This document shows, piece after piece, positions 35,175 to 44,528 of a stretch of 64,000 nucleotides of DNA. Position 1 is the first letter of the stretch. Each line of letters begins with the position of its first letter. Source of the stretch: a virus (taxonomy: Duplodnaviria > Heunggongvirae > Uroviricota > Caudoviricetes); the IMG/VR virus record IMGVR_UViG_3300023174_000099, positions 1-64,000 of that record; one strand, written 5' to 3'. The position numbers were made by a program, and so were the translations under genes. The notes below the pieces were generated by a model. It had not been told where the DNA came from. It was given only the letters and a program-made list of their open reading frames with translations, and ran no database searches.

Positions 35175-35447
35175 ATGACAAAAGACGAATTAATTAACGC
35201 AGTAAAAGAGTTTGGAGATGCAACTATCACGTATAGAAGCTTAGAGTCAAATAAGCTGAAGTACAATGTTTGCACTCTAGATTTTTCCACCCCATACATT
35301 CAAGATAAGTCTAATAGAGCCAGGGAAACAGAAGATACAGTTCTTATGTTCTGCTGGGATGCTGACTCCTTTAGGCTTATCAGACCCTCTAGTGTAACTA
35401 GTGTAGCCCCTTTAGCGGCCTCGCTAAAGGAAAGGTCACATGGATGA
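35175..35447 (+). CDS. Hypothetical protein
   Basis: ORF track. Confidence 0.4.
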   Translation: MTKDELINAVKEFGDATITYRSLESNKLKYNVCTLDFSTPYIQDKSNRARETEDTVLMFCWDADSFRLIRPSSVTSVAPLAASLKERSHG

Positions 35448-35724
35448 TGAAGAAATCTATTCACGAATAATTCACTGCACTGATGATTTTCAGGTTCGCC
35501 TGACAATCAACAGATTCAGAGGCGTCGAGTACCTTCATGTTAGAAAGTACTTTTTAGACTTCTCTGAGGAGTGGATGCCGTCTAAAGAAGGAGTTGCTAT
35601 GCCACTAGATCTAAATAACTCAAAAGAGCTATTTATCGGCTTAGTTGAAATCTTGTCTTTAGCTGAGTCTAAAGATGTGATAGTATCAAACTTCAAAGAA
35701 CTTTTACAGGATATTTATCAATGA
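35440..35724 (+). CDS. Hypothetical protein
   Basis: ORF track. Confidence 0.4.
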   Translation: MDDEEIYSRIIHCTDDFQVRLTINRFRGVEYLHVRKYFLDFSEEWMPSKEGVAMPLDLNNSKELFIGLVEILSLAESKDVIVSNFKELLQDIYQ

Positions 35725-36665
35725 AGAACTTCCTAGATTATGCGAGTGCCAAATATTACGCGGGTGATCCAATCATCAGCGATGAGGAATTCGATAAGCT
35801 AGCGGAGTACTACGGATATCAAGGCGTGGGGGCTCCAGTCGTTGGCGACAGGATTCCTCACGCCTTTCCTATGTGGAGTCTACAGAAGTGTTATGATGAC
35901 GAACCGCTTATTGATCTAGGTGGCGAAGTGGTTGTAACTCCGAAGCTTGATGGAGCTGCTGTAGCTCTTTACTACGCGGAAGGTAGATTTGTTCTAGCCC
36001 TTACTCGTGGCGACGGTAAGGAGGGTCTAGATATTACAGACAAGATGGCTACTCTAGTTCCAAATGAACTTGAGCACTGGATCAATCCATTCTTGCAAAT
36101 TACAGGTGAGATTGTAGCTCCTAAGACGATTGAGAATGCTCGCAACTATGCTGCTGGCGCTCTGAACCTAAAGTTAGTAGACGAGTTTCAATCTAGGAAC
36201 TTGACCTTTGTTGCTTATGGGGTTACGCCCTTTGTAGATAATGAACATTGGTCTACAGATATGTTGTATCTAAGTATTGAGGGCTTCAATACTGCAACTA
36301 ATAAATCAAAAGACTGGTACGATCAGTTCCCTCAGGATGGCCTAGTGTATAGGCTTAACAAGCACAATGAGTTCCAAGCTCTAGGGTATACTTCCAAGCA
36401 TCCTCGTGGTGCCTTTGCTCTTAAGGAGCGAAAGGGCGGAGTAGTTACTAAACTTCTAGCAGTAGAATGGCAGGTTGGCCGTAGCGGTGTAGTTAGTCCA
36501 GTAGCAATCTTGGAACCCGTTAACATTGGTGGCGCTGTAGTCTCTAGGGCTACACTACACAATGCTAAGTATATCCAAGAACTAAATTTAGAGTTGCATT
36601 GCTTAGTAGAAGTTATACGAGCAGGTGAGATTATTCCTAGAGTTGTAAGGAGAGTATATGAATAA
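35721..36665 (+). CDS. ligA: NAD-dependent DNA ligase, N-terminal part (Ia, adenylation and OB domains); gene is split
   Basis: AKYYAGDPIISDEEFDKL (domain Ia), KLDGAAVALYYAEGRFVLALTRGDGKEGLDIT (KxDG adenylation motif), EGLVYR, RAGEIIPRV at the end of the OB fold. Confidence 0.7.
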   Translation: MKNFLDYASAKYYAGDPIISDEEFDKLAEYYGYQGVGAPVVGDRIPHAFPMWSLQKCYDDEPLIDLGGEVVVTPKLDGAAVALYYAEGRFVLALTRGDGKEGLDITDKMATLVPNELEHWINPFLQITGEIVAPKTIENARNYAAGALNLKLVDEFQSRNLTFVAYGVTPFVDNEHWSTDMLYLSIEGFNTATNKSKDWYDQFPQDGLVYRLNKHNEFQALGYTSKHPRGAFALKERKGGVVTKLLAVEWQVGRSGVVSPVAILEPVNIGGAVVSRATLHNAKYIQELNLELHCLVEVIRAGEIIPRVVRRVYE

Positions 36666-36906
36666 ACTAATTATTTTCTCAGCTTCTTGGTGTAGTCCTT
36701 GTAAGAGACTTAAAAATACTTTAGAGTCTCTAAATGATTACTCGAATATCAAAGTGTATGATATTGATATTAACGTAGAGAAAGCTATAGAATGGAGAGT
36801 GGATGCGGTACCCACTATTATATTAGTGAATGATCAAGGGGAGGAGCTTAAGAGGACACTGGGTGTCTTACCCAAAGAAAAGCTCCTAGAACTTCTAAAT
36901 GCTTAA
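36658..36906 (+). CDS. trx: Thioredoxin
   Basis: WCSPC active site; size 82 aa. Confidence 0.65.
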   Translation: MNKLIIFSASWCSPCKRLKNTLESLNDYSNIKVYDIDINVEKAIEWRVDAVPTIILVNDQGEELKRTLGVLPKEKLLELLNA

Positions 36907-38065
36907 TAAGGCTACTTTAGTAGTAGCTCTACTATTGAGTGCTACCGCCGCATGGTACTCAATATCGGGGCTTACTGCCATATTTGCCGCAGCTATCGTT
37001 CCCATAATTATTATGGGAATAGTATTAGAAACAGCAAAAATAGTTACTAGCCTATGGCTGCATAAATACTGGGATACATGTGGTTGGCAGCTTAAACTAT
37101 ACTTAGTCCCAGCAGTAATAATTCTAGCATTTATTACTAGTATGGGTATTTTTGGATTTCTGTCGAAAGCTCACAGCGACCAAGCTTTAGTATCTAGTAA
37201 TGTATTAGCTAAGCTAGAAGTATTTGATACTAAGCTGGATAACGCGAAAGCTATTATACAATCTAATAGACAGAGCCTAATACAAATGGACGCACAAGTA
37301 GATCAACTACTAGTAAGGTCCGATGACGCTAACGGAGCTATGATAGCAGCTAGGCTGAGAAATAGACAAAAGGCTGAAAGAACTCAGCTGCTAAATAGCA
37401 TATCTAATAACCAAGATACTATTTCTGAAATAAACGAAAAGTCCGCACCTCTTAGAGCCGAAGCTAGACAACTTGAGGCTGAGGTAGGACCAATTAAGTA
37501 TATTGCTGCGCTTATTTACGGCACTGATCTCAATCAAACCATGCTTGAAAGTGCTGTAAGAGCAATCATCATACTACTTGTAGTAGTATTTGACCCACTA
37601 GCCTTAGCCCTTATTATTGCTGCCCAAAAGGCACCAGTAGAGCCAGTAGCAGTTCCTCAGCCTAAAGAGGAAGTAGAGGAAGAAGAAGAGCCTATGAGTA
37701 AGGGAATCTATAATCCTAAGTATTTTGAGAACCATCCAGATGAAGCTAACTTAGACGCAATTCTATATGTAGTAGTTCTAGTAAATCAGACTACTAATTT
37801 ACGAGAATGCGTTAAGATAGGAATTACGAAGGGTCGCAATTGGAAGGATGCTATCAAGAGAGCTGGTGGTTTCAAGGGATACGACATTCGTATTCAGAAG
37901 ATCATTCCGGGTAAACTAGAAGAAATTTATTATCTAGAAGAGTATCTGCATGAACTATGGATCGACCATAGATATCACGGAGCCTCTAAGTTTGGGGGTT
38001 GGACTGAACTATTCTCCATAGATAAACTATCTGAGATTCTAGCAAGTATTCCCCCTAAGCTATAA
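36899..38065 (+). CDS. T5orf172/MUG113 domain protein with N-terminal TM segments and coiled coil (paralog 3), inserted between the two halves of ligA
   Basis: C-terminal LYVVVLVNQTTNLRECVKIGITKGRNWKDAIKR...GGWTELFSI. Confidence 0.65.
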   Translation: MLNKATLVVALLLSATAAWYSISGLTAIFAAAIVPIIIMGIVLETAKIVTSLWLHKYWDTCGWQLKLYLVPAVIILAFITSMGIFGFLSKAHSDQALVSSNVLAKLEVFDTKLDNAKAIIQSNRQSLIQMDAQVDQLLVRSDDANGAMIAARLRNRQKAERTQLLNSISNNQDTISEINEKSAPLRAEARQLEAEVGPIKYIAALIYGTDLNQTMLESAVRAIIILLVVVFDPLALALIIAAQKAPVEPVAVPQPKEEVEEEEEPMSKGIYNPKYFENHPDEANLDAILYVVVLVNQTTNLRECVKIGITKGRNWKDAIKRAGGFKGYDIRIQKIIPGKLEEIYYLEEYLHELWIDHRYHGASKFGGWTELFSIDKLSEILASIPPKL

Positions 38066-38072
38066 AAAAATA

Positions 38073-38101
38073 ATCCTTGACATTTACCCCTAACATGGGT
38101 A
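38073..38101 (+). promoter_or_regulatory. sigma70 promoter: aataatccTTGACA-17-TATAAT
   Basis: TTGACAtttacccctaacatgggTATAAT. Confidence 0.55.
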
Positions 38102-38131
38102 TAATGGCTGTATCAAGAGCAGAGAGATAGT

Positions 38132-38884
38132 ATGCAAATAGAAATACCAAACAATTGTCCTTCTTGCAATAGCTCTCTAGCTCTTGTTAATGATATTCTT
38201 TATTGTAAGAATCCAGATTGTGGCTCCATGAGCCGTAAGCGTGTTGAGCATTTTGCCACGACGCTAAAGATTAAAGGTCTAGGACCTTCTTCAATTGAGA
38301 AGTTAGAGTTATCGCATCCTCTCGATATTTATTCCATGAGCCTAGAGGAAATTACAGAGGCTCTTAATTCAGAGAAAGTAGCAACTAAGCTTTTTGATGA
38401 GATTGAGCAATCTAAGTCTAAAAATCTTAACGATCTGCTACCTGCTCTAGGTATTCCACTCATTGGTCAGACAGCCACAGATAAACTTGCAAAAGCCTGT
38501 AAGGCTCTTGAAGAAATTACAGATGAAGTCTGTAAGTCTGCTGGCTTAGGCCCAAAAGCTACTGAAAACCTTCTAACGTGGCTACATGAAAACGACTGGT
38601 ATTTACTATTACCTCAAAACCTAGCTTTTGAAAATACTGTGTCTTCAGGTCAGCAAGTTAAAGGTATTGTCTGTATTACAGGCAAACTAGATAGCTACAA
38701 AACTAAGGCGGAAGCCCAAGTCGAACTAGAACGATTAGGATATGTAGTGAAGTCATCCCTAACGAAAGACGTCACTATTCTAGTAAATGAGAGCGGAAAA
38801 GAAACCGCGAAAACCTCAAAAGCCAGAGACGCTGGCGTTTTGATTGTAGAAAACCTAAGACAATATATAACGGAGAATAATTAA
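38132..38884 (+). CDS. ligA: NAD-dependent DNA ligase, C-terminal part (Zn-finger, HhH, BRCT domains)
   Basis: CPSCNSSL...CKNPDC zinc finger, GLGPSSIEKL HhH, C-terminal BRCT-like KGIVCITGKLDSYKTKAEAQVELERLGYVV. Confidence 0.65.
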   Translation: MQIEIPNNCPSCNSSLALVNDILYCKNPDCGSMSRKRVEHFATTLKIKGLGPSSIEKLELSHPLDIYSMSLEEITEALNSEKVATKLFDEIEQSKSKNLNDLLPALGIPLIGQTATDKLAKACKALEEITDEVCKSAGLGPKATENLLTWLHENDWYLLLPQNLAFENTVSSGQQVKGIVCITGKLDSYKTKAEAQVELERLGYVVKSSLTKDVTILVNESGKETAKTSKARDAGVLIVENLRQYITENN

Positions 38885-38887
38885 TTT

Positions 38888-39604
38888 ATGACTACCCTAA
38901 AGTGGACCGAAGATCGTACTGCCCAGCTAGTAAACGGCGTTGCCGATGAAACCCCTGTTTCACGCGCTACTGTAGCCACCCTAGCCGAAGATCTAGAAAC
39001 AAGTACTCGGTCAATCTCTTCCAAGCTTCGTAAGCTTGGTTACGACGTAGAACTAGCTACAGCAGCCCCAAAGGCATTCTCTGACGAAGTAACAGCAGAA
39101 CTTCGTCAATTTGTTACTGAGAATAGCCGTGAGTTCACATACGCTGAAATCGCTGAGCAGTTCCCCGGTGGCTACACAGCCAAGGCTATTCAGGGCAAGA
39201 TCCTTTCAATGGAACTAACCCAGCACGTTAAGGAAGCTCCAAAGCCAGAGAGCACAAAGACCTACACTGCTGATGAAGAAGCCGTAGTTCTTCGCATGAT
39301 TCGTGCTGGTAACTTCGTTGAAGAAATTTCCGAAGCTGTTGGCAAGAGCGTTCAGTCAGTTCGTGGTAAGGCTCTAAGCCTACAGCGCGCTGGTGAGATC
39401 GACGCTATGCCAAAGCAGCGTGATCTAAAGGGAGCTGCTGCTGATCCACTAGAAGCCATCAGTGATATCGCTAATATGACTGTTGCCCAGATTGCTGAAG
39501 CTATTGGTAAGACCGAGCGTGGTGTTAAGACCATGCTAACGCGTCGTGGTCTAGTAGCTTCTGACTATGATGGTGCAGCTAAGCGTGAGAAAGCTGCTGC
39601 TTAA
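38888..39604 (+). CDS. Protein with four tandem HTH-like modules (paralog family)
   Basis: WTEDRTAQL..., STRSISSKLRKLGYDV, GKSVQSVRGKALSLQRAGEI, GKTERGVKTMLTRRGLV. Confidence 0.5.
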   Translation: MTTLKWTEDRTAQLVNGVADETPVSRATVATLAEDLETSTRSISSKLRKLGYDVELATAAPKAFSDEVTAELRQFVTENSREFTYAEIAEQFPGGYTAKAIQGKILSMELTQHVKEAPKPESTKTYTADEEAVVLRMIRAGNFVEEISEAVGKSVQSVRGKALSLQRAGEIDAMPKQRDLKGAAADPLEAISDIANMTVAQIAEAIGKTERGVKTMLTRRGLVASDYDGAAKREKAAA

Positions 39605-39611
39605 GTTTTCT

Positions 39612-39650
39612 CTTTGAAAGTGAAAGCCGGAGCAGCTTCTAGCTGCTCCG
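39612..39650 (+). terminator. Rho-independent terminator: agccggagcagc..gctgctccggct
   Basis: 12-bp perfect stem, loop ttct, followed by aaacttgtttt. Confidence 0.6.
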
Positions 39651-39676
39651 GCTAAACTTGTTTTAAGGAGACGACT

Positions 39677-41059
39677 TTGAACCTTGCATCCGCATTATTT
39701 AAGAGGCTCCTTGAGGAAGGGGACTTTGATACTTGGGCGAACTTAAGAAAGCATTATCTGCCCGGTGAATATGACCGCGTTTACGATGCAATTGAAAAGC
39801 ACGTCGAAAATTATCACAAGTTACCTAACTTAGATGAGTTAAAGTTATCCATCAAGGATACCCCTACTCTAGAAAAAGTATATGCTATTGAGGTAGTAGA
39901 AGTCGATGCTGAGCCTTTTCTTCTTCTTGACTATCTAAAAAACGAATTCGCTCAGAAGGAAACACTATTTCAGCTTCAGAAGTATGTTGAAAATACCATT
40001 TCCTTTGAAACAGCGGAAGAAACTATTGAGTCTCTATACTCCATTATTTCTAAGATCGAAGACAAGGTTGATCTAAAGCCAGAAGAAGAAAATCTAGAAA
40101 AGCTAAGTCTATTCTACAGTGATGAAGAAATCGCTGACTATATTCCTCTAGGTCTTAACGCTGAGTTTGACGAGCGAGTACGATTCAAACGTAGTGATTA
40201 CATTCTTATGGGTGGTCAGAGAGGTTCAGGTAAGTCAATTACTTGCTCTAACCTTGCCAACACAGTATATAATCAAGGTAAATCGGTACTTTACTTTAGT
40301 GTCGAAATGCCTATCAGAGAAATTCTCCAAAGACAATGTTCTATTGGGGCTAATGTATCTCACTCCAAGGTCAAGTATAAAACACTAGACAATATGGAGT
40401 GGTTAAAGGTAGCTAATTGGTGGGCCAATAGGTATGAGAATGGGCAGGAACACCTGGAAGCTTACAAGACTCATAGAGACTTTGATAAGTTTCACAAGGC
40501 TATCCAGAAGGAGGGCCTAAATCCTGTTCAGATTGATATTATATATGATCCTTCTTTAACGCTACCAAAGCTAAAAGCTGAAATCATCAAACGAGTTCGT
40601 AAGCTTGGTAACGTTGGTCTGATTATTATCGACTACGTTAACCAGATTAAGAAGACTTCTGGAACAACTGACAAGTTCGACTGGAAAGACCAAATTGATG
40701 TTAGTACCGCTCTAAAGGAAATCGCAGGTGTTTTACAGATTCCTGTATTCTCACCTTATCAGATTGACTCTAGTGGTGAAGCACGCTTTGCGAAGGGTAT
40801 TCTCGACTCAGCAGATGCGGCTTTCATTCTAAAAGCTGGCGATGGGTCAATATCCTTCACCTGTACCAAGATGAGAGGAGATGCTAAGATTGACTTTATA
40901 TCTAAGGTAGATTGGAACAGTCTTACTATTGGGCCTGAGAATGGCGAAGTAGTAGAGGAAAAAGATCCAGAGGAAGAGAAGCCTAAAAAGCGGAAAGGCT
41001 TTAAGCAGGAACCTGATAAAGCCATAATGGATGAAATATGGGATTCTCCACCATTTTAA
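39677..41059 (+). CDS. Replicative DNA helicase, DnaB-like (T7 gp4 helicase-domain type)
   Basis: Walker A LMGGQRGSGKS; RecA-fold layout. Confidence 0.7.
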   Translation: MNLASALFKRLLEEGDFDTWANLRKHYLPGEYDRVYDAIEKHVENYHKLPNLDELKLSIKDTPTLEKVYAIEVVEVDAEPFLLLDYLKNEFAQKETLFQLQKYVENTISFETAEETIESLYSIISKIEDKVDLKPEEENLEKLSLFYSDEEIADYIPLGLNAEFDERVRFKRSDYILMGGQRGSGKSITCSNLANTVYNQGKSVLYFSVEMPIREILQRQCSIGANVSHSKVKYKTLDNMEWLKVANWWANRYENGQEHLEAYKTHRDFDKFHKAIQKEGLNPVQIDIIYDPSLTLPKLKAEIIKRVRKLGNVGLIIIDYVNQIKKTSGTTDKFDWKDQIDVSTALKEIAGVLQIPVFSPYQIDSSGEARFAKGILDSADAAFILKAGDGSISFTCTKMRGDAKIDFISKVDWNSLTIGPENGEVVEEKDPEEEKPKKRKGFKQEPDKAIMDEIWDSPPF

Positions 41060-41068
41060 GGAATTACT

Positions 41069-41896
41069 ATGACAGTAGATGAGCTATTAACAAAAGAGAA
41101 CATATACTTTCGTTCCAGTGGAAAAGACCATGTAGTATGCTGTTTAAATCCAGATCACGAGGATAAAAACCCCAGTATGAGAATCGACAAGATTACTGGG
41201 GTTTTTAACTGTATGTCTTGTGGATTCTCTGGTAATATATTCGAGCACTTTGGTGGAAAACCTAATTGGCTTGGTATTCAGAGAGAGCGATTTAAAAGTC
41301 TAGTACAGAATAAACTAAAGGAGACGGTAGGTCTAGAGATTCCAGAAAATGCTACTCCCTTCGATCAGGAGTGGCGAGGTATCTCTAAAGAGACTTTCCG
41401 TAAATTTAGAGCCTTCCAGCATCCAGACTATGTTAATAGAGTGGTGTTTCCTATCACTGATATGTCTGGTAAGATCAGAGTGTTTTGTGGTAGAGACTTA
41501 GCGAACAACACACCCAAGTATATGTTCTATCCCGCAGAAACACACATACCTTTGTTTCCTATGGTAAAACCCTATAATGGCGATATTATTCTAGTAGAAG
41601 GCATCTTTGATATGCTAAACTTACACGACAAAGGTTTAACCAATGTTTGTTGTATGTTTGGTGTTAATAAGGGAAGCATTGACAAGCTCAAGCTTCTAAA
41701 AGTACAGAACATAAGCTCGGTAACTCTAATGCTAGATTCGGATGAAGCAGGGCAGCGCGGAGCTGAAAAGCTTAAAGCAGAGTTAGAGGGCCTACACGTA
41801 AGCGTAAACAACTTTGTATTACAAACAGTAAAAGATCCAGGTGAATTGACAGCCTCTAAAGTGATCAAATTAAAGGAGACCCTATACGGTGGCTAA
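41069..41896 (+). CDS. DNA primase (zinc-binding + TOPRIM)
   Basis: CCLNPDHEDKNPSM...CMSCG zinc ribbon; TOPRIM VEGIFDMLNLHD ... DSDEAG. Confidence 0.7.
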   Translation: MTVDELLTKENIYFRSSGKDHVVCCLNPDHEDKNPSMRIDKITGVFNCMSCGFSGNIFEHFGGKPNWLGIQRERFKSLVQNKLKETVGLEIPENATPFDQEWRGISKETFRKFRAFQHPDYVNRVVFPITDMSGKIRVFCGRDLANNTPKYMFYPAETHIPLFPMVKPYNGDIILVEGIFDMLNLHDKGLTNVCCMFGVNKGSIDKLKLLKVQNISSVTLMLDSDEAGQRGAEKLKAELEGLHVSVNNFVLQTVKDPGELTASKVIKLKETLYGG

Positions 41897-43634
41897 TGTA
41901 GCATTAATTGAGACTAAACCAAGCAGAACAAACTTCTTCAGTGAATTTGATGAAGCCTTTGAATTTGATAGGTTTGCCCTATGTTCTGACCCAACAATTA
42001 AAAAGGTCCTAAAGAAAAACGTAGATATTGAGTTCAATCCAGATAACTACGAATGGGTAATTCTAGTAGGTGCTGACACAGTAAAGTACTTTACTAAGGC
42101 ATCAGTAACAGACCATAGTGGCAAGATTGTTGATGAGAAGTTTCTCCCGGTAATCAATCCAGCTATGGTATCGTTCAAGCCTGAGTCTGCTAGAACTTGG
42201 GAAGAATCCAAAAAGAATATCGTCGGGTATATCACTGGGTCTAAGAAAGTAGTAAAGTATGCTACTGACAAGATCTATGGTATTCGTGACAGCGAGCAGC
42301 TTAAGAAGTTCTTGCAGGCTGCCATTGATAGTCCAAATTCTTTCATCGGTCTAGACTCTGAAACTTCCGGACTGTATCCTAGAGACGGTTACATTCTAGG
42401 TGTTAGTGTTTGTTATGAACGCGATCATGGCGTTTATATTGACTCAGACTGCATTGACGAAGAAGCATCATGGCTTTTTCAGGAACTATTCAACAAGAAG
42501 ATCGTAGTACTACACAACGCTAAGTTCGATATTCCCTTCTTCAAGTTCCATATGGGATGGGAGTTTCCTCGGTATGAAGATACAATGCTTCTTCACTACT
42601 GCATTGATGAAAATCCCGGTACCCACGGACTTAAGCAACTAGCTCTTCAGTTTACAGAATACGGTGACTATGAACAGCCAATGTATGACTGGATTGCTGA
42701 TTACTGTAAGCGTAACAGTGTTCTAAAGGAAGACTTCACCTTCGAAGCTATTCCTTTTGAAGTTATTCAGCCATACGCTGCTATTGACGCTATTGTAACT
42801 TTTCTTATCTACGCCAAGCTAAAGCCCTCCGTTCAGAAGAACAAGAAGCTAGACAAGGTATACAATGAGATCTTGATTCCAGCATCTGACTTTCTAATTG
42901 ACGTTCAGGACAATGGAGTTCCGTTCGATATGGATCGCCTAAAGTTTGGTCAGCTAGAAATGCAGAAGAGCATCGACGAGTCAGTTGCAGAGTTGTACTT
43001 AGAGCCTAAGATCAAAGAGTTTGAAGAATTTCAGGGTAAGCAGTTCAATCCTAATAGTGTCATGCAGCTACGCACGCTATTGTTTGATTTCTTAAAACTT
43101 TCCCCTACAGGTAAAAAGACTGGTACTGGTTCCAATTCAACTGATGCCGAAGTGCTTCAGGAACTAGCAGGACAACACCCCGTACCTCAGTTAATCCTTA
43201 ACATCCGTCAAAAGAGTAAGATTAAGAATACTTATCTGGACAAGATTATCCCACAGCTAGATAGGGATGGTAGACTTCGTACTAGCTTTAATATTCACGG
43301 CACTACTAGCGGACGACTAAGCTCTAGTGGTAAACTGAATATGCAGCAGCTACCACGAGATAACCCCGTTGTCAAGGGAGCCATCAAGGCAAAGCCTGGC
43401 CACAAGATCATCTCGATGGACTTGACCACTGCGGAAGTTTACGTAGCCGCAGTATTATCCAAAGATCCAGCACTTCAAGATGTGTTTAGAACTGGCCAAG
43501 ATTTTCACTCTACAGTAGCTCACCAGGTATTTAAGCTGGATTGCGAAGTAAGCGAAGTTAAAAAACTATATCCGCTTATGCGGCAAGCTGCTAAAAGCAC
43601 TACATTCGGGGTTAGTAACATAGCCCTCCTATAA
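41889..43634 (+). CDS. polA: DNA polymerase I family (family A), N-terminal part: 3'-5' exonuclease + palm up to motif B; truncated inside motif B
   Basis: Exo I FIGLDSETSGL; ends ...MRQAAKSTTFGVSNIALL* where RQAAKxxxFG is motif B. Confidence 0.75.
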   Translation: MANVALIETKPSRTNFFSEFDEAFEFDRFALCSDPTIKKVLKKNVDIEFNPDNYEWVILVGADTVKYFTKASVTDHSGKIVDEKFLPVINPAMVSFKPESARTWEESKKNIVGYITGSKKVVKYATDKIYGIRDSEQLKKFLQAAIDSPNSFIGLDSETSGLYPRDGYILGVSVCYERDHGVYIDSDCIDEEASWLFQELFNKKIVVLHNAKFDIPFFKFHMGWEFPRYEDTMLLHYCIDENPGTHGLKQLALQFTEYGDYEQPMYDWIADYCKRNSVLKEDFTFEAIPFEVIQPYAAIDAIVTFLIYAKLKPSVQKNKKLDKVYNEILIPASDFLIDVQDNGVPFDMDRLKFGQLEMQKSIDESVAELYLEPKIKEFEEFQGKQFNPNSVMQLRTLLFDFLKLSPTGKKTGTGSNSTDAEVLQELAGQHPVPQLILNIRQKSKIKNTYLDKIIPQLDRDGRLRTSFNIHGTTSGRLSSSGKLNMQQLPRDNPVVKGAIKAKPGHKIISMDLTTAEVYVAAVLSKDPALQDVFRTGQDFHSTVAHQVFKLDCEVSEVKKLYPLMRQAAKSTTFGVSNIALL

Positions 43635-43967
43635 AGTAATTTATAGGTAATAAACCTGCTCAATTGCTGGAAGCCTAAGTCTAAAATTAGATATGGTAAT
43701 CAGCAGCCAGAGGCGATAGGGATATCGTCAAATGGTTCAGAGACTCACAGAATTTCTAGAACAGAAGTTGCTGGGGTAATAAATTTTATATCTTGACTTT
43801 TTTTGGTCGAAATATAGTACCATCTTAATATTAAAAATTAATTTGGTGTTTATTACAAAAGGCAGGTATCTACGTATGGAATTAAATTTAGAAAACTATA
43901 CTAACAAATGGTAGAAAACGTAGATAAAGGTATAGTCCGTGCCCTACTAAAGTAGGGACTAACATGT
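43635..43967 (+). other. 333-nt in-frame non-coding insert splitting polA (candidate ORF-less group I intron or true split-gene junction); contains a TTGACT promoter-like element and hairpin ccctactAAagtaggg
   Basis: No ORF. Length is a multiple of 3. Flanks reconstitute motif B as FG-x-x-YQAG. Confidence 0.4.
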
Positions 43968-44528
43968 ATGTATCAGGCTGGTGCTCCTACTGTAGCCGAT
44001 CAGATCAATAAAGAAGCCCGCAGTAATAATATGGATTACAGATTCTCCCTACAGGAAGCTCAAGATGTTATTGACCAGTACTTCAAGACCTTCAAAGGAC
44101 TTAAGAGCTGGATTGATGTAAACAAGGAGTTCATTTCCAAGAATGGTTACATCTATTCTTTCTTTGGTCGTAAGCGCAGACTACCAAATGTTCTATCTAG
44201 CGATGGTGGCATCCGTAGTCATGCTGTAAGATCTGGTCTAAACTTCCTCGTGCAGTCTCCTAGCTCAGATGTTAACTTGCTAGGTGGCATTGATATGAAT
44301 AAGTTCATTAAGGACAACAAGATGAAGACTCGGATCTTCGCTCTAGTTCATGACTCTATTCTAGCAGAAGTACCAGAAGACGAGATCGAGTTGTATACCA
44401 CTACCCTTAAGAAGTTCATTCAAAAGGATCGTGGGCTTTCGATTCTTGGATGCCCTATCGGATGCGATTTCGAAATGGGTGATGACTACTCTCTAGGTAA
44501 GTTTGAGAAACAGTATGGAATACTATGA
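43968..44528 (+). CDS. polA: DNA polymerase I family, C-terminal part (rest of motif B through motif C)
   Basis: MYQAGAPTVADQIN..., LVHDSILAEVPEDE (motif C). Confidence 0.7.
   Translation: MYQAGAPTVADQINKEARSNNMDYRFSLQEAQDVIDQYFKTFKGLKSWIDVNKEFISKNGYIYSFFGRKRRLPNVLSSDGGIRSHAVRSGLNFLVQSPSSDVNLLGGIDMNKFIKDNKMKTRIFALVHDSILAEVPEDEIELYTTTLKKFIQKDRGLSILGCPIGCDFEMGDDYSLGKFEKQYGIL

Noticed and set aside
39352-41025. Minus ORFs 39352..39534 and 40759..41025, plus-strand 40167..40388, inside replication genes
   Set aside because: Fully embedded in well-supported helicase and HTH-protein coding regions, in alternative frames.
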